From an uncultured Desulfospira sp. (GTDB lineage: Bacteria > Desulfobacterota > Desulfobacteria > Desulfobacterales > Desulfobacteraceae): a stretch of DNA of 64,000 nucleotides. The stretch spans positions 1,312,001 to 1,376,000 of the forward strand of contig OY760175.1 in NCBI GenBank assembly GCA_963663165.1, given 5' to 3'. Positions 30,112 through 40,215 of this stretch are shown piece after piece (the first letter of the stretch is position 1; the number at the start of each line of letters is the position of its first letter). The notes under the pieces are model-generated. The model did not search any database, was not told where the DNA came from, and was given only the letters and a program-made list of their open reading frames with translations. The position numbers and the translations under genes are program-made.

Positions 30112-33100
30112 TTAAAAATGGACGGTTTCGCCTTTGGCAGCAAGGGTTTTAAAGCTTTGGACCCACGGCTGTCCTTCCATGAGAAACGCAAGCTCCTGGG
30201 CCAAATGAACCGGGATGATGTTAAGCCCTTTGTGGCGGCCCAGTCCCTGGATACAGGAGGGACAGTTGGTCAGTATCCTGGTGCCCTTTTCCGGCTGGGC
30301 GTCTTCTATGGCCTTGCGTTTTCTCATGAGCATGGAATGGCTGATATCCGGCCTTGACAGGGCCATGGTCCCGGCCTCGGAACAGCAGTGGGGCACAAAG
30401 GTAACATCCAAGCCAAGGTTCTTTAACAGGGACAGCCCTTTATCCTTTAAGGAGTCATGGCAGGGGGCATGGTAAAGATATGACCGGGGAAACTTGGGCA
30501 GCTGACCCCCTCTTTTAAGGACAAATCCTGAGACATCCTCTACAGCGGCACCAAATACCGACTCAATCCCGAGCCCGTCCAAAGATTCCATGCAGGTGCC
30601 GCAGGACACCAGGCAGCCGTCAAAGTCAAGATCATGGAACATCTCCCTGATCTGGGTTAAAATAATAATATTTTCCAGATTGATCCGGTCGGCTGTTTCC
30701 TTTTGGGCATTGACCTTTAAAGGATAGCCGCAGCAAAGAAACGGCGGCGGCAGGATGACCCGGCAGCCGGTTTTAAGCAAAATAAACAAGGAAGCCATGG
30801 CAATCTGGCCAAACACCCGTTCGCTGCCGCAGCCGGGGAAATAAAACACCGTGGAAACCACAGGGCCTTCAGGCTCCAGGACAACCGCCTGGTTCTTCTG
30901 GGTTTTGGGCAAAAAGGCCCGAAGGGTCTGGGGCGATGGGCTTGAAACCGGGCTTTTGAGCAGCTGAAGGGGACGGATGGCCTCAAGGGATTTTCTTTTT
31001 GCCACAGAAGACAGAAGCGCTGATCCCGTTTTCTGGGCCGCCGTCCCAATCCCTAAAAGGGCCGGGCGAAGAATGCGGTTGGAGACCGGCCTTTTTTCGG
31101 AAAGGTAATTTAAGGTCATCCGGGTGGGCACCGGCGTCTTTTTAAAGGCCATGGCCTTGAGGATTTTTCTTTCCTCAATGGAGATCAGGCCGGAATCTAT
31201 ATTGACCGGGCACTTGTCAAAACAGCGGTGGCAGATGGTGCAGTGATCGGCAATGTCTTCAAGGTGTTTCATGATCTTGAATCCCGTGGACTGGGTCCGC
31301 TGGGATATGTAGAGCATGGCCTCGATCAGGGCGCCGGTCCCAAGATTCTTGTTTCTGGGATGAAAGAACATGTTGCCGGCCGGGTTAAACACCGGGCACA
31401 TGGGCTTGCACTTGCCGCACCGCACACAGCCGGCAATCTTCATGGCCAGCTCGGACAGGGCGCCGTATTTTAAAATCCGGGCTTCAAGTTCCAGCAGATT
31501 AAAGGACGGGGTGAACACCTTGTCCATGATACCGGATTCAGACAGCTTGCCCGGGTTCATGATGCCGTCGGGATCTATCTTTTTCCGGTAAGCGGTAAAT
31601 TCTTCAATAATGCCGGTGTCCAGGTGTTTGAACTTGGTCACCCCGATGCCGTGTTCGCCGGATACCACACCGTTAAGGGCGGCGGCCTTTTCCATGACCC
31701 GGTCGGCGGTGACGGTGGCCCGGGACATCATTTCCCGGTCATTGGAAAACACCGGAATGTTGACATGGACATTGCCGTCCCCGGCATGCATGTGGGTGGC
31801 CACCACAATCAACCGGCTGCGGGTCTGCCGGTAAATCCGGTCCATGTTGTCCAGCAGCCGGGTGTATCCCCTTAAACTGTCCTTCACCTCTTTATAGAAG
31901 TTCTTTGAATGGATTTCAGCTTCAAGGGCGTCCCTGGATGCCATGTCCAGCTTTTTTTTATAACCGTATACCTGATTTTTGGCCCCTAAGACCTTATGGG
32001 TCAGCCATTGCTGATCGGCGATGGGTTTGGCCGTATCAAGGTAATCCACAATGGCCTTGATGATCTGCATCTGGTTATGCTTTTTTTCTTCAAGGTTCAC
32101 CTGGTCCACAAACCGGACAAAATCGGCCAGACTGTCAATGGGCAGGACAATATCTTCGTTGAGCTTAAAGGCATTGGTGTGGGCGGCAATGGCCCCGAGT
32201 TTTTTTCGATCCTCCCAGAACCGTTGGGCCTCTCTGGGGTCCTGGGCAATGGTCAGGCTGGTCCGTTCATAGGGGTCGAGGATCTGTTCTATGACCTCTA
32301 CCCCCCGGTCAAGGCTGGGCCTTTCATCGGCCACCATGTCAATGAGCAGCACGGCTTTGAGCCGGGAACCGGCCGGCTGTTTGGTCTTGTATTTAATGGC
32401 CTTGATATACTCTTCATCAAAATGCTCAAGGGCCATGAGGGCCGGGTCCTGGGACTTAAAGGCCCGGCACAGGGCCGTGATCACCTTGCCGGCCTCGGCC
32501 ATGTCATCGCCGAAAAACTCAATGCAGAAGGTTTTTTTGAATTTAAACTCCGGGTAAAGGATGAATTTTGCCGAGGTAATGATCCCGTCACACCCCTCCT
32601 TTTGAAGCCCGGGCAGGCCGTTGAGGGTTTTATTGGTAACGTCTTTGCCAAGCCCCTTTTTCCGGATCTGCCCCCCTTCCAGGGTCAAGGTGTCCAACAC
32701 GTTGTTTTCATCGTCAAACACCTTGAAGACCAGGGTATCTTGGGGCAAAATTTTTCTTAAGGGGTGATGTTCCCGGACCACGGTGCGGGCTGACCCGTCG
32801 GGCATGGTGATCTTGTAGGACAGGACATTGTCTATGGCGGTCCCGTAGAGCACGGCGGTCTTCCCCCCGGCGTTTTCGGCAAGGTTGCCGCCAATGGTGC
32901 AGGCCCAGGCGGAGGTGGGGTCCGTGGCAAAAACCAGGCCCTGTTGCTTGGCCGTGTCTTTGGCATCCTGGGTCACCACCCCGGCCTCAAGTTCAACAGA
33001 CCAATAGGGGCCGGCCTCCCCGTCCGGATGTTCCTGGATGGGGAAAATCCGGTTGAGCTTTTCCGTATTGATCATGATGCAGTCCGGCGTTAAGGGGGTG

Positions 33101-33702
33101 GTCCCGCCGGTAAGGCCGGTGCCGGCCCCCCGGGGGATGATCCGGTAGCCAAGTTCTTTTATTTTCTTCACCAGGACCGGCACCTGGCCTTCCTTGCCGG
33201 GACGGACCACGGCCACCGGGGCAAACCGCCGCCAGTCCGTGGCATCGGTGATATGGGCCGTGAGGTTAAAGGGGTCAAAGTAGATGCTGTCTTTGCCCAC
33301 CACAGGGCTTAGCTTGCGCCGAATTCTGCGGCGGCAGGATTCAACGGCCTTGATCTGCCCGAAAATCTTTTCAAGGGCTTTGCCGCAGGCATCAAGGACC
33401 TCTATTACCCCGAGATGGCCGGCATGTTCCCGGATAATATTCAGATCATTTGCAAACTCTTTAAACAGCTTTTTTCTTAGAACGGGGTGTTCCACCACTT
33501 CCTGGAACAAAAACGGATTGCGCTGGATGATAAACAGGTCCCCCATGAACCGGTGAAGGCGCCTGGAGGACCTGCCTGTGTCTTTCTGAGTTTCAAGGGA
33601 CTGGATCTGTTCTAAAACGTCTTGCCCAAAAAGATGCCGGATGATCTGATCATCATCCGCCGACGTATAATTATACGGTATTTTCCGTTTGGGATCTTGC
33701 AC
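30112..33702 (-). CDS. FAD-linked oxidase / 4Fe-4S / CCG-domain fusion oxidoreductase (GlcD+GlcF-like)
   Basis: PRGAGTGLTGG, HAGDGNVH, SGEHGIG, CVRCGKC..C, CCG motifs. Confidence 0.85.
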   Translation of the reverse strand: MQDPKRKIPYNYTSADDDQIIRHLFGQDVLEQIQSLETQKDTGRSSRRLHRFMGDLFIIQRNPFLFQEVVEHPVLRKKLFKEFANDLNIIREHAGHLGVIEVLDACGKALEKIFGQIKAVESCRRRIRRKLSPVVGKDSIYFDPFNLTAHITDATDWRRFAPVAVVRPGKEGQVPVLVKKIKELGYRIIPRGAGTGLTGGTTPLTPDCIMINTEKLNRIFPIQEHPDGEAGPYWSVELEAGVVTQDAKDTAKQQGLVFATDPTSAWACTIGGNLAENAGGKTAVLYGTAIDNVLSYKITMPDGSARTVVREHHPLRKILPQDTLVFKVFDDENNVLDTLTLEGGQIRKKGLGKDVTNKTLNGLPGLQKEGCDGIITSAKFILYPEFKFKKTFCIEFFGDDMAEAGKVITALCRAFKSQDPALMALEHFDEEYIKAIKYKTKQPAGSRLKAVLLIDMVADERPSLDRGVEVIEQILDPYERTSLTIAQDPREAQRFWEDRKKLGAIAAHTNAFKLNEDIVLPIDSLADFVRFVDQVNLEEKKHNQMQIIKAIVDYLDTAKPIADQQWLTHKVLGAKNQVYGYKKKLDMASRDALEAEIHSKNFYKEVKDSLRGYTRLLDNMDRIYRQTRSRLIVVATHMHAGDGNVHVNIPVFSNDREMMSRATVTADRVMEKAAALNGVVSGEHGIGVTKFKHLDTGIIEEFTAYRKKIDPDGIMNPGKLSESGIMDKVFTPSFNLLELEARILKYGALSELAMKIAGCVRCGKCKPMCPVFNPAGNMFFHPRNKNLGTGALIEAMLYISQRTQSTGFKIMKHLEDIADHCTICHRCFDKCPVNIDSGLISIEERKILKAMAFKKTPVPTRMTLNYLSEKRPVSNRILRPALLGIGTAAQKTGSALLSSVAKRKSLEAIRPLQLLKSPVSSPSPQTLRAFLPKTQKNQAVVLEPEGPVVSTVFYFPGCGSERVFGQIAMASLFILLKTGCRVILPPPFLCCGYPLKVNAQKETADRINLENIIILTQIREMFHDLDFDGCLVSCGTCMESLDGLGIESVFGAAVEDVSGFVLKRGGQLPKFPRSYLYHAPCHDSLKDKGLSLLKNLGLDVTFVPHCCSEAGTMALSRPDISHSMLMRKRKAIEDAQPEKGTRILTNCPSCIQGLGRHKGLNIIPVHLAQELAFLMEGQPWVQSFKTLAAKGETVHF

Positions 33703-33711
33703 TTAAAATAC

Positions 33712-35295
33712 TCATAACTCAAAGGTTGTCATGCTGACGACCAAATCAAGGCCCGCAATCTCTTTGACCACATCCGGCGGAACCGGCGTGTCTGTTCTCA
33801 AAAAGATAATGTTGCGTTCCCCGTCATCTTCGCGTCCCACCATCATCCGGGCAATATTAATATCATGTTTGCCCAGTGCGGTGCCGATTTCGCCGATGGA
33901 ACCGGGCTTGTCCACATTGTGGATCAGGCCCAAATGGCCCTCGGGAATCACCTCTAACCGGAACTTGTTGATCCTGACGATCCGGGCGTCATCTTTACCA
34001 AAGATGGTGCCTTCCACGATATTGGTCTGGGTATCCGTTGTCACGGTCATCCGGATCAGGTTCAAAAAGTTGCCCGCTTCCCTTGAGGTGGATTCGGTAA
34101 TTTTAATTCCCATTTCATTGGCCAGGGAAATGGCGTTGACAGAGTTGACCTCGTACCGGACAAATTCGTTCAGGGCACCTTTGATGCCCTCAATGGTCAG
34201 GGGTTTTAAATCAAGATCCGGGAACTTGCCGATGTATTCAATATTGACTTCCCGGATTCCGCCGCCCGTGATCTGGGCCTGCATTTTGCCCATTTTCTGT
34301 ATCAGGTAAAGGAAGGGTTTGAGCTGACGCAGGACATCCCCGGTGACCGAGGGAACGTTCACGGCATTGATCACGGTGTTGTTGAGCAGATAGGCGATGA
34401 TCTGGTTGGCCGCGGCCACGGACACATTGGTCTGGGCTTCCTTGGTGGAGGCACCCAGATGGGGCGTGGTAATGACCTGGTCGAGTTTGAGCAACGGATG
34501 ATCCGCAGGCGGCGGCTCGGTGGAAAATACGTCCAGGGCCGCCCCGGCCACTTTGCCCGACTGGATGGCATCATACAGGGCCGCTTCGTTGACAATGCCG
34601 CCCCGGGCGCAGTTGATGACCATGACCCCGGTCTTCATCTTTTCAAAGGCCTGGGCGTCGAGAAGGTCAATGGTGGCGTCCATTTTGGGCACATGGATGG
34701 TGATATAATCGGCCCGGGCATAGAGATCGTCCAGGCTGACATATTCAAAGCCTGCCTTTTCTATATGTTCCGAAGAGATATTGGGATCATAGACAATGAC
34801 GTTCATTCTCAGGCCCTTGGCAAGGCCTGCGGCAATGGAGCCGATATTGCCGTATCCGATCACCCCCAGGGTCTTGTTAAAAATTTCCCTGCCCTGGAGC
34901 AGTTTTTTGTCCCAGCGGCCGGCTTTCATGGACGCCGTTCCCCGGGGGATATTCCGGGTTAAGGCCATCATCATGGCAATGGCGTGTTCGGCCGTGGTCA
35001 CGGTGTTGCCGCCCGGGGTGTTCATGACGGCGATCCCCTTTTTGGTGGCGGCTTCGATATCCACATTGTCCAGGCCGATGCCGGCCCGGGCAATGACCTT
35101 CAGGTTGTCGGCGGCTTCGAGCAGGTCCGGGGTGACCTTGGTGGCGCTTCGAATGGCTAAGGCATCATACTGCCCGATGATCTGTTTTAACTCTTCCGGG
35201 GCAAGGCCGGTGTTGACATCCAGCTCAATGCCGTCCTGGTTTCTGAAGATCTCAATGCCGGCCTCATCCATTTTATCGCTGATCAGTACCTTCAT
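33712..35295 (-). CDS. serA: D-3-phosphoglycerate dehydrogenase (long form with C-terminal ACT)
   Basis: RAGIGLDNVD, GYGNIG, TPHLGAST, DKPG ACT. Confidence 0.95.
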   Translation of the reverse strand: MKVLISDKMDEAGIEIFRNQDGIELDVNTGLAPEELKQIIGQYDALAIRSATKVTPDLLEAADNLKVIARAGIGLDNVDIEAATKKGIAVMNTPGGNTVTTAEHAIAMMMALTRNIPRGTASMKAGRWDKKLLQGREIFNKTLGVIGYGNIGSIAAGLAKGLRMNVIVYDPNISSEHIEKAGFEYVSLDDLYARADYITIHVPKMDATIDLLDAQAFEKMKTGVMVINCARGGIVNEAALYDAIQSGKVAGAALDVFSTEPPPADHPLLKLDQVITTPHLGASTKEAQTNVSVAAANQIIAYLLNNTVINAVNVPSVTGDVLRQLKPFLYLIQKMGKMQAQITGGGIREVNIEYIGKFPDLDLKPLTIEGIKGALNEFVRYEVNSVNAISLANEMGIKITESTSREAGNFLNLIRMTVTTDTQTNIVEGTIFGKDDARIVRINKFRLEVIPEGHLGLIHNVDKPGSIGEIGTALGKHDINIARMMVGREDDGERNIIFLRTDTPVPPDVVKEIAGLDLVVSMTTFEL

Positions 35296-36383
35296 TATTT
35301 GGCCTCCTTCTGGAACGTCTCCATGAATTGAATCAAGGCGTTGATGCCTTCCATGGTGGTGGCATTATAAATGGAGGCCCGGCACCCGCCCACGGACCGG
35401 TGGCCTTTAAGCCCGCCAAGGCCTTTGGCGGTGGCTTCTTTGATAAACTGCTTCTCTAAATCTTCGCTGGGCAGCCGGAAGGTCACGTTCATCAGCGACC
35501 TGGAATCTTTTGCTGCGGTGGCCCGGTAAAAGCTGCCGGCATCCATGAAATCATATAACAGGCCGGCCTTTTCCTTGTTAAAGGCTTCCATTTTTTCAAG
35601 CCCGCCCATGTCTTCTTCAATCCATTTTAACACCAGGTCGATGGTGTAAATACCAAAACAGGGCGGGGTATTGTACATGGAATTTTTACCGGCATAGGTA
35701 CTGTATTTGAGCATGGACGGCAGATCCGGGTTGGCGGTGTCCATCAGGTCTTTTTTAATGATCACCAGGGTAGTGCCTGAGGGCCCTAGATTTTTCTGGG
35801 CGCCGGCATAGATCAGGCCGAATTTTTCCATGGGAACGGGCCTTGAAAAAATATCCGAAGACATGTCCGCGATAATGGGAACCGCCCCGGTGTCCGGAAA
35901 CTGGGCAAACTGGGTTCCCTTGATGGTGTTGTTGGAGGTAATGTGGACATACCTGGCGTCTTTGCTGAAGGGGATGTCCTGAGGGATATAGGAAAAATCC
36001 TTATCTTCTGAAGAGGCAACGACCTTATGGTTTTTCTTCTGGATCTGGGCCTCTTTAATGGCTTTGGTGGACCAGGTCCCGGTATTGACATAATCTGCAC
36101 TCTGGTCCCCTGAAAGGAAATTCATGGGGATCATGGCAAATTGAAGGGACGCCCCGCCCTGGAGGAAAAGGACATGGAACTGGTCATCCAGGCCCAAAAG
36201 CCGTTTGGCCCGTGCCACGGCATCGTTGATGACATCGTCAAAATAGGAAGACCGGTGACTGATTTCAGTAATGGACATGCCTGAGTTGTTAAAATTCAGG
36301 AAAGATGCCTGAATTTCTTCCAGAACCGGCAGAGGCAAAGCGGCCGGCCCGGCGTTGAAGTTGAAAATTCTTTGATCCGTCAT
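35295..36383 (-). CDS. serC: Phosphoserine aminotransferase
   Basis: NFNAGPA, YAGAQKNLGP, GHRSVGG.RAS.YN. Confidence 0.97.
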   Translation of the reverse strand: MTDQRIFNFNAGPAALPLPVLEEIQASFLNFNNSGMSITEISHRSSYFDDVINDAVARAKRLLGLDDQFHVLFLQGGASLQFAMIPMNFLSGDQSADYVNTGTWSTKAIKEAQIQKKNHKVVASSEDKDFSYIPQDIPFSKDARYVHITSNNTIKGTQFAQFPDTGAVPIIADMSSDIFSRPVPMEKFGLIYAGAQKNLGPSGTTLVIIKKDLMDTANPDLPSMLKYSTYAGKNSMYNTPPCFGIYTIDLVLKWIEEDMGGLEKMEAFNKEKAGLLYDFMDAGSFYRATAAKDSRSLMNVTFRLPSEDLEKQFIKEATAKGLGGLKGHRSVGGCRASIYNATTMEGINALIQFMETFQKEAK

Positions 36384-36400
36384 TTTTTTTCCTTTCGTGG

Positions 36401-36449
36401 TTAGCTGTTAGCTGTTAGCTTTTAGCCGTTAGCTCATCAGCGTTAGCGG
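36401..36449. repeat. Tandem heptamer (TTAGCTG-like) tract
   Basis: TTAGCTG TTAGCTG TTAGCTT TTAGCCG TTAGCTC ATCAGCG TTAGCGG. Confidence 0.8.
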
Positions 36450-36493
36450 TGAACTATGATCCTTGTTTTGGTTTTTGATGGTCATGGGCTTGA

Positions 36494-38104
36494 TCACACC
36501 ATATGATTATCTGCTGACTCGTATTCCCGGGTTTTATGAAATACGATTTGAGGCCATTCTTCCATGGCAAATCCAAGCTGGTACTCGCTGGTGGTCAAAA
36601 AAGTCAGCCACCCTTCCCCGTCCAGGGCCAGGCTGGATTCGTTTTTCCGTTTAAATTCCTTGAGCATGGCGTCATCCTTACAGGTGATCCACCGGGCCAC
36701 TGAATAGTCAATGGCCTCCACACCGGCCTTGACATTGTACTCGGCTTCGAGCCGGGCCATGGTCACGTCAAACTGGAGCAGCCCTACCGCCCCGATAACG
36801 TGCATGTTGCCGATCATTGGTCTGAACACCTGGATGGTCCCCTCTTCGGCCAGCTGGGTTAAGCCTTTGTTCAGGGCCTTGGCCTTCATGGGGTCTTTTA
36901 AAATTACCCGCCTGAAGTGTTCCGGCGCAAAACTGGGGATTCCCAAAAACTTTAAGGGTTCTTTGGTGGTAAAGGTGTCACCGATCTTGATAGTGCCGTG
37001 GTTGTGGATACCGATGATATCCCCGGGCCAGGCTTCTTCAATGTTATTTCTCTCCCGGGCCATGAAAATGGTGGCATTGGACAGCTTGATCTCCTTTCCC
37101 AGCCTGTGGTGGCGCACTTTCATACCCTTGGTGAATTTGCCTGAACAGATCCTGAAAAAGGCGATCCGGTCCCGGTGTTCCGGGTCCATATTGGCCTGGA
37201 TCTTAAAGGTAAACCCGGAGAAATCTTCTTCAAAGGGGTCCACATCCCGGGTCTGGGCTGCCCGCTTGCCCGGCGGCGGTGCTATTTCCACAAAGGCGTC
37301 CAGCATCTCCCTGACCCCGAAATTGTTGATGGCAGACCCGAAAAACACCGGGGTCTGGGTCCCGTTGAGAAACAGCTCAAGTTCAAAGGGATCCAGGGCA
37401 CCTTCAATGAGTTCAACATCCTCTCTTAATGAGTCGGCCTGGGACTGTGAAATCAGTTCATCCAGCCTGGGATCGGACAGGTCTTTTACCCGGACATGGT
37501 CGTCGTCCCGTGGCGTATACCCGGGGGTGAAAATCCCCAGTTCCCTGTTTTCCAGATCATACACCCCTTTAAACCGTTTTCCCATGCCAATGGGCCAGGT
37601 CAAGGGGACACACTCGATCTGGAGCTTGTCTTCAATATCTTCAAAAATATCCAGGGGCTCCATGCCCTCCCGGTCGAGTTTGTTGATGAAAGTGATGATG
37701 GGGGTGTTGCGCATGCGGCAGACTTCCATGAGCTTCTGGGTCTGGGGCTCCACCCCTTTGGCGTTGTCAATGATCATGACGGCGCAGTCCACGGCGGTCA
37801 GGACCCGGTATGTGTCTTCGCTGAAATCCTTATGGCCGGGGGTGTCCAGCAAATTGATTTCATAATCCCGGTAATTGAATTTCATCACCGATGAGGACAC
37901 GGAAATGCCCCTTTCCTGCTCAATGGAGAGGAAATCCGAGGTGGCGGCCCGGTCGGCTTTCCTGGATTTCACCGCCCCGGCCTGCTGGATGGCCCCGCCA
38001 AAAAGAAGCAATTTTTCCGTAAGGGTGGTCTTGCCGGCATCAGGATGGCTGATAATGGCAAAAGTCCGCCGTTTGTTGATCTGTTTTACACTTGCTTTAT
38101 CCAC
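36494..38104 (-). CDS. prfC: Peptide chain release factor 3
   Basis: [41 protein letters not shown]. Confidence 0.97.
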   Translation of the reverse strand: MDKASVKQINKRRTFAIISHPDAGKTTLTEKLLLFGGAIQQAGAVKSRKADRAATSDFLSIEQERGISVSSSVMKFNYRDYEINLLDTPGHKDFSEDTYRVLTAVDCAVMIIDNAKGVEPQTQKLMEVCRMRNTPIITFINKLDREGMEPLDIFEDIEDKLQIECVPLTWPIGMGKRFKGVYDLENRELGIFTPGYTPRDDDHVRVKDLSDPRLDELISQSQADSLREDVELIEGALDPFELELFLNGTQTPVFFGSAINNFGVREMLDAFVEIAPPPGKRAAQTRDVDPFEEDFSGFTFKIQANMDPEHRDRIAFFRICSGKFTKGMKVRHHRLGKEIKLSNATIFMARERNNIEEAWPGDIIGIHNHGTIKIGDTFTTKEPLKFLGIPSFAPEHFRRVILKDPMKAKALNKGLTQLAEEGTIQVFRPMIGNMHVIGAVGLLQFDVTMARLEAEYNVKAGVEAIDYSVARWITCKDDAMLKEFKRKNESSLALDGEGWLTFLTTSEYQLGFAMEEWPQIVFHKTREYESADNHMV

Positions 38105-38120
38105 AATTTCTTTCGCTTAA

Positions 38121-38196
38121 ATTAGCTTTTAGCCATTAGCTGTTAGCTTTTAGCCGGTTGCTGAAACCGAAAGCTAATGGCTAACGACTAACTGCT
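38121..38196. repeat. TTAGCTG-family heptamer hairpin
   Basis: (TTAGCNN)5 followed by inverted AAAGCTA ATGGCTA ACGACTA. Confidence 0.8.
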
Positions 38197-38296
38197 TTTT
38201 AAAAACAAAATATCCAATAAACCTAACTGGTTTATCAGATATTTGTACCATTCTCAAGTTCCGGCCGATCTGTTGCTCACAACAGGCGGCTCAGGA

Positions 38297-38530
38297 TTAT
38301 TTTTTTTTATACTTTTTCCTGACGTTGAAAAAATCCCAAACCGCCCAGGGGATCAGCACGGCGCTGAGCACCTGGTTGAAAAGCGCATGTTCAGCCATCT
38401 CCGGATCCGAGGTCAGCCATCCGTCCCAGAAACACCATAATCCAAACCCCAACAATAAAAAGGTGAACACATAAGGGCTCATCTGGGGCGGTTTAGGTGT
38501 TTTCTTCTCTTGAGTGCGTTTCTCTTCCAT
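38297..38530 (-). CDS. Small two-TM membrane protein
   Basis: 77 aa, AGGA RBS, two hydrophobic segments. Confidence 0.7.
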   Translation of the reverse strand: MEEKRTQEKKTPKPPQMSPYVFTFLLLGFGLWCFWDGWLTSDPEMAEHALFNQVLSAVLIPWAVWDFFNVRKKYKKK

Positions 38531-38652
38531 TTAATATCCTGATCTCCTTTAAGATTTTATTTTGGACCTACTTATCATAGATCATTAGAATTGAGAAGAA
38601 AGAAATACGGATAAATTTCTTGCGATCTTCTTAAATTACAGATAGATTCAAA

Positions 38653-38761
38653 GTAACTGTTCATCAGTGCCTCATCTTCGCTCATTTAAGGCCTTCTCAC
38701 ATAGCAAAAGTATGCACCGAAGACCTGACTAAACAAATATGAAGCACTGATGAACAGTTAC
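38653..38761. mobile_element. 109-bp MITE-like element
   Basis: 18-bp perfect TIR GTAACTGTTCATCAGTGC; flanks GATTCAAA / GACTCAAA (8-bp duplication, 1 mismatch). Confidence 0.75.
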
Positions 38762-38888
38762 GACTCAAAAAAAAATTTAAAAAACTTATAACTTCAATCA
38801 TCTGATGAGAAAAAATTGTTTAATGCCTTGAAAAAGGGCTTTTTCTAAGATATGGTCTGCCAACTAAATTATCACAGGTTAGACGATC

Positions 38889-40055
38889 ATGAAATTTTTC
38901 CCGTTGAAAATTGTTCTTGCGTGCCTGATACTTACCCCGCTGCTGTACATCGCGACCCTTTCTGCTGTCCAGAAGCACCTTGAAAATAAATACCTGCAGT
39001 CCATTCAAAATACCGTCATCGGCGACTCGGCCCCCCTGCTGAACGGGACCGTGCGCATCGAAGACCAGATGGCCAAAAACATTCAGGATTTTCTGTCACA
39101 GGATTCGCTGATCAAATTGAGTTCCATTGATCTGGACATCCGGGTGACCACCACCAAAGGAAAGATTATTTATCCGACTTATGTGGGCGCCGACCTGTTG
39201 GATGAGGAGATTGCCAACAATTTTAACACCGAAGCCATTGCCAAGGACAACTTTGAAATTCTCAACAGCGGATTTGATATCACGGCCAAACTTCATATCG
39301 AACATGGCTCCCTGGTTGCCAACATTATTTTGGGCATATACTCAGGACTCTCTTTTCTAATCGTCTTTATATTCTACCGCAAAGGGTTCAAAAAGGCTGA
39401 AACCCTCAACAAAGAACAAACCGCCCTGATCAACAACCTTAAAAATGAAGAAAAAAAACACGAACAGATGGTCAAGGAAATCAGCCGGGAGCGACAGGAT
39501 CTGTTTGAAAACATCAAAGGCCTTAACCAGCGGTACCAGAGCGACCTGAAAAAGGCCAAAATCAACGAAGAGGAAATGTTTAACGAAATTGTTTCCTTAG
39601 AAGAAAAGCTCAAATCCTTTATCGAATCCAAAAAAACCAAAGAGCAGGAAATTGATGAACTCAAATCCATGCTGCTAAAATATGAAAAACAGGAAGAACG
39701 AAGGAAAAGCACCAAAGGCCGGCGCAACGAGTATGATTTTTTACTCAAACGGTTTTCCGCCTTATATAAAAATGTGGAAATCGAAAGAAAAGCCCTGATC
39801 GGCTTTCAAAGCTTGAATGAAGACCAGCAGATCAAGGCCGAAGAGGTGGTTTTTCAACTGAACAATGAACCGGAAAAGGTCATCATCAAACGAAAGGTCT
39901 TTTCAGGAAAGAAACACAAAACCGCTTGCTTTGAAGTGTTATTCGCCTATAATGGACGACTGTACTTCAGGAACGCTGAAACCAGCACCCAGATTGTGGT
40001 CATCGGCACCAAAAACAGCCAGAATAAAGACATGGAGTATCTTCATAATTTATGA
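38889..40055 (+). CDS. Two-TM coiled-coil protein with RelE/ParE-like C-terminal domain
   Basis: TM, extracytoplasmic loop, TM, long coiled coil; C-terminus patterned like RelE (domain call is inference). Confidence 0.7.
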   Translation: MKFFPLKIVLACLILTPLLYIATLSAVQKHLENKYLQSIQNTVIGDSAPLLNGTVRIEDQMAKNIQDFLSQDSLIKLSSIDLDIRVTTTKGKIIYPTYVGADLLDEEIANNFNTEAIAKDNFEILNSGFDITAKLHIEHGSLVANIILGIYSGLSFLIVFIFYRKGFKKAETLNKEQTALINNLKNEEKKHEQMVKEISRERQDLFENIKGLNQRYQSDLKKAKINEEEMFNEIVSLEEKLKSFIESKKTKEQEIDELKSMLLKYEKQEERRKSTKGRRNEYDFLLKRFSALYKNVEIERKALIGFQSLNEDQQIKAEEVVFQLNNEPEKVIIKRKVFSGKKHKTACFEVLFAYNGRLYFRNAETSTQIVVIGTKNSQNKDMEYLHNL

Positions 40056-40112
40056 CATTCATGAGCCAGCATGACAGTAAATTGGTTCCGGTATACAACA
40101 TGTATCGAAAAG

Positions 40113-40203
40113 TTGGGATATGGGACTTGGGACTTGGGACTTGGGATGTGCGGAAAGAAGCCTATAGGCTACCCCAAGTCCCATATCCCATATCCCAAGT
40201 CCC
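40113..40203. repeat. Heptamer hairpin repeat, GGGACTT family
   Basis: (GGGACTT/GGGATAT)n, different loop, (CCCAAGT/CCCATAT)n; ends 12 bp before the next ATG. Confidence 0.85.
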
Positions 40204-40215
40204 CCAAATAAAAAT

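Noticed and set aside
36711..37865. 384-aa plus-strand ORF and similar long antisense ORFs (e.g. 31996-32760, 33731-34309)
   Set aside because: Shadows of well-supported genes on the opposite strand.
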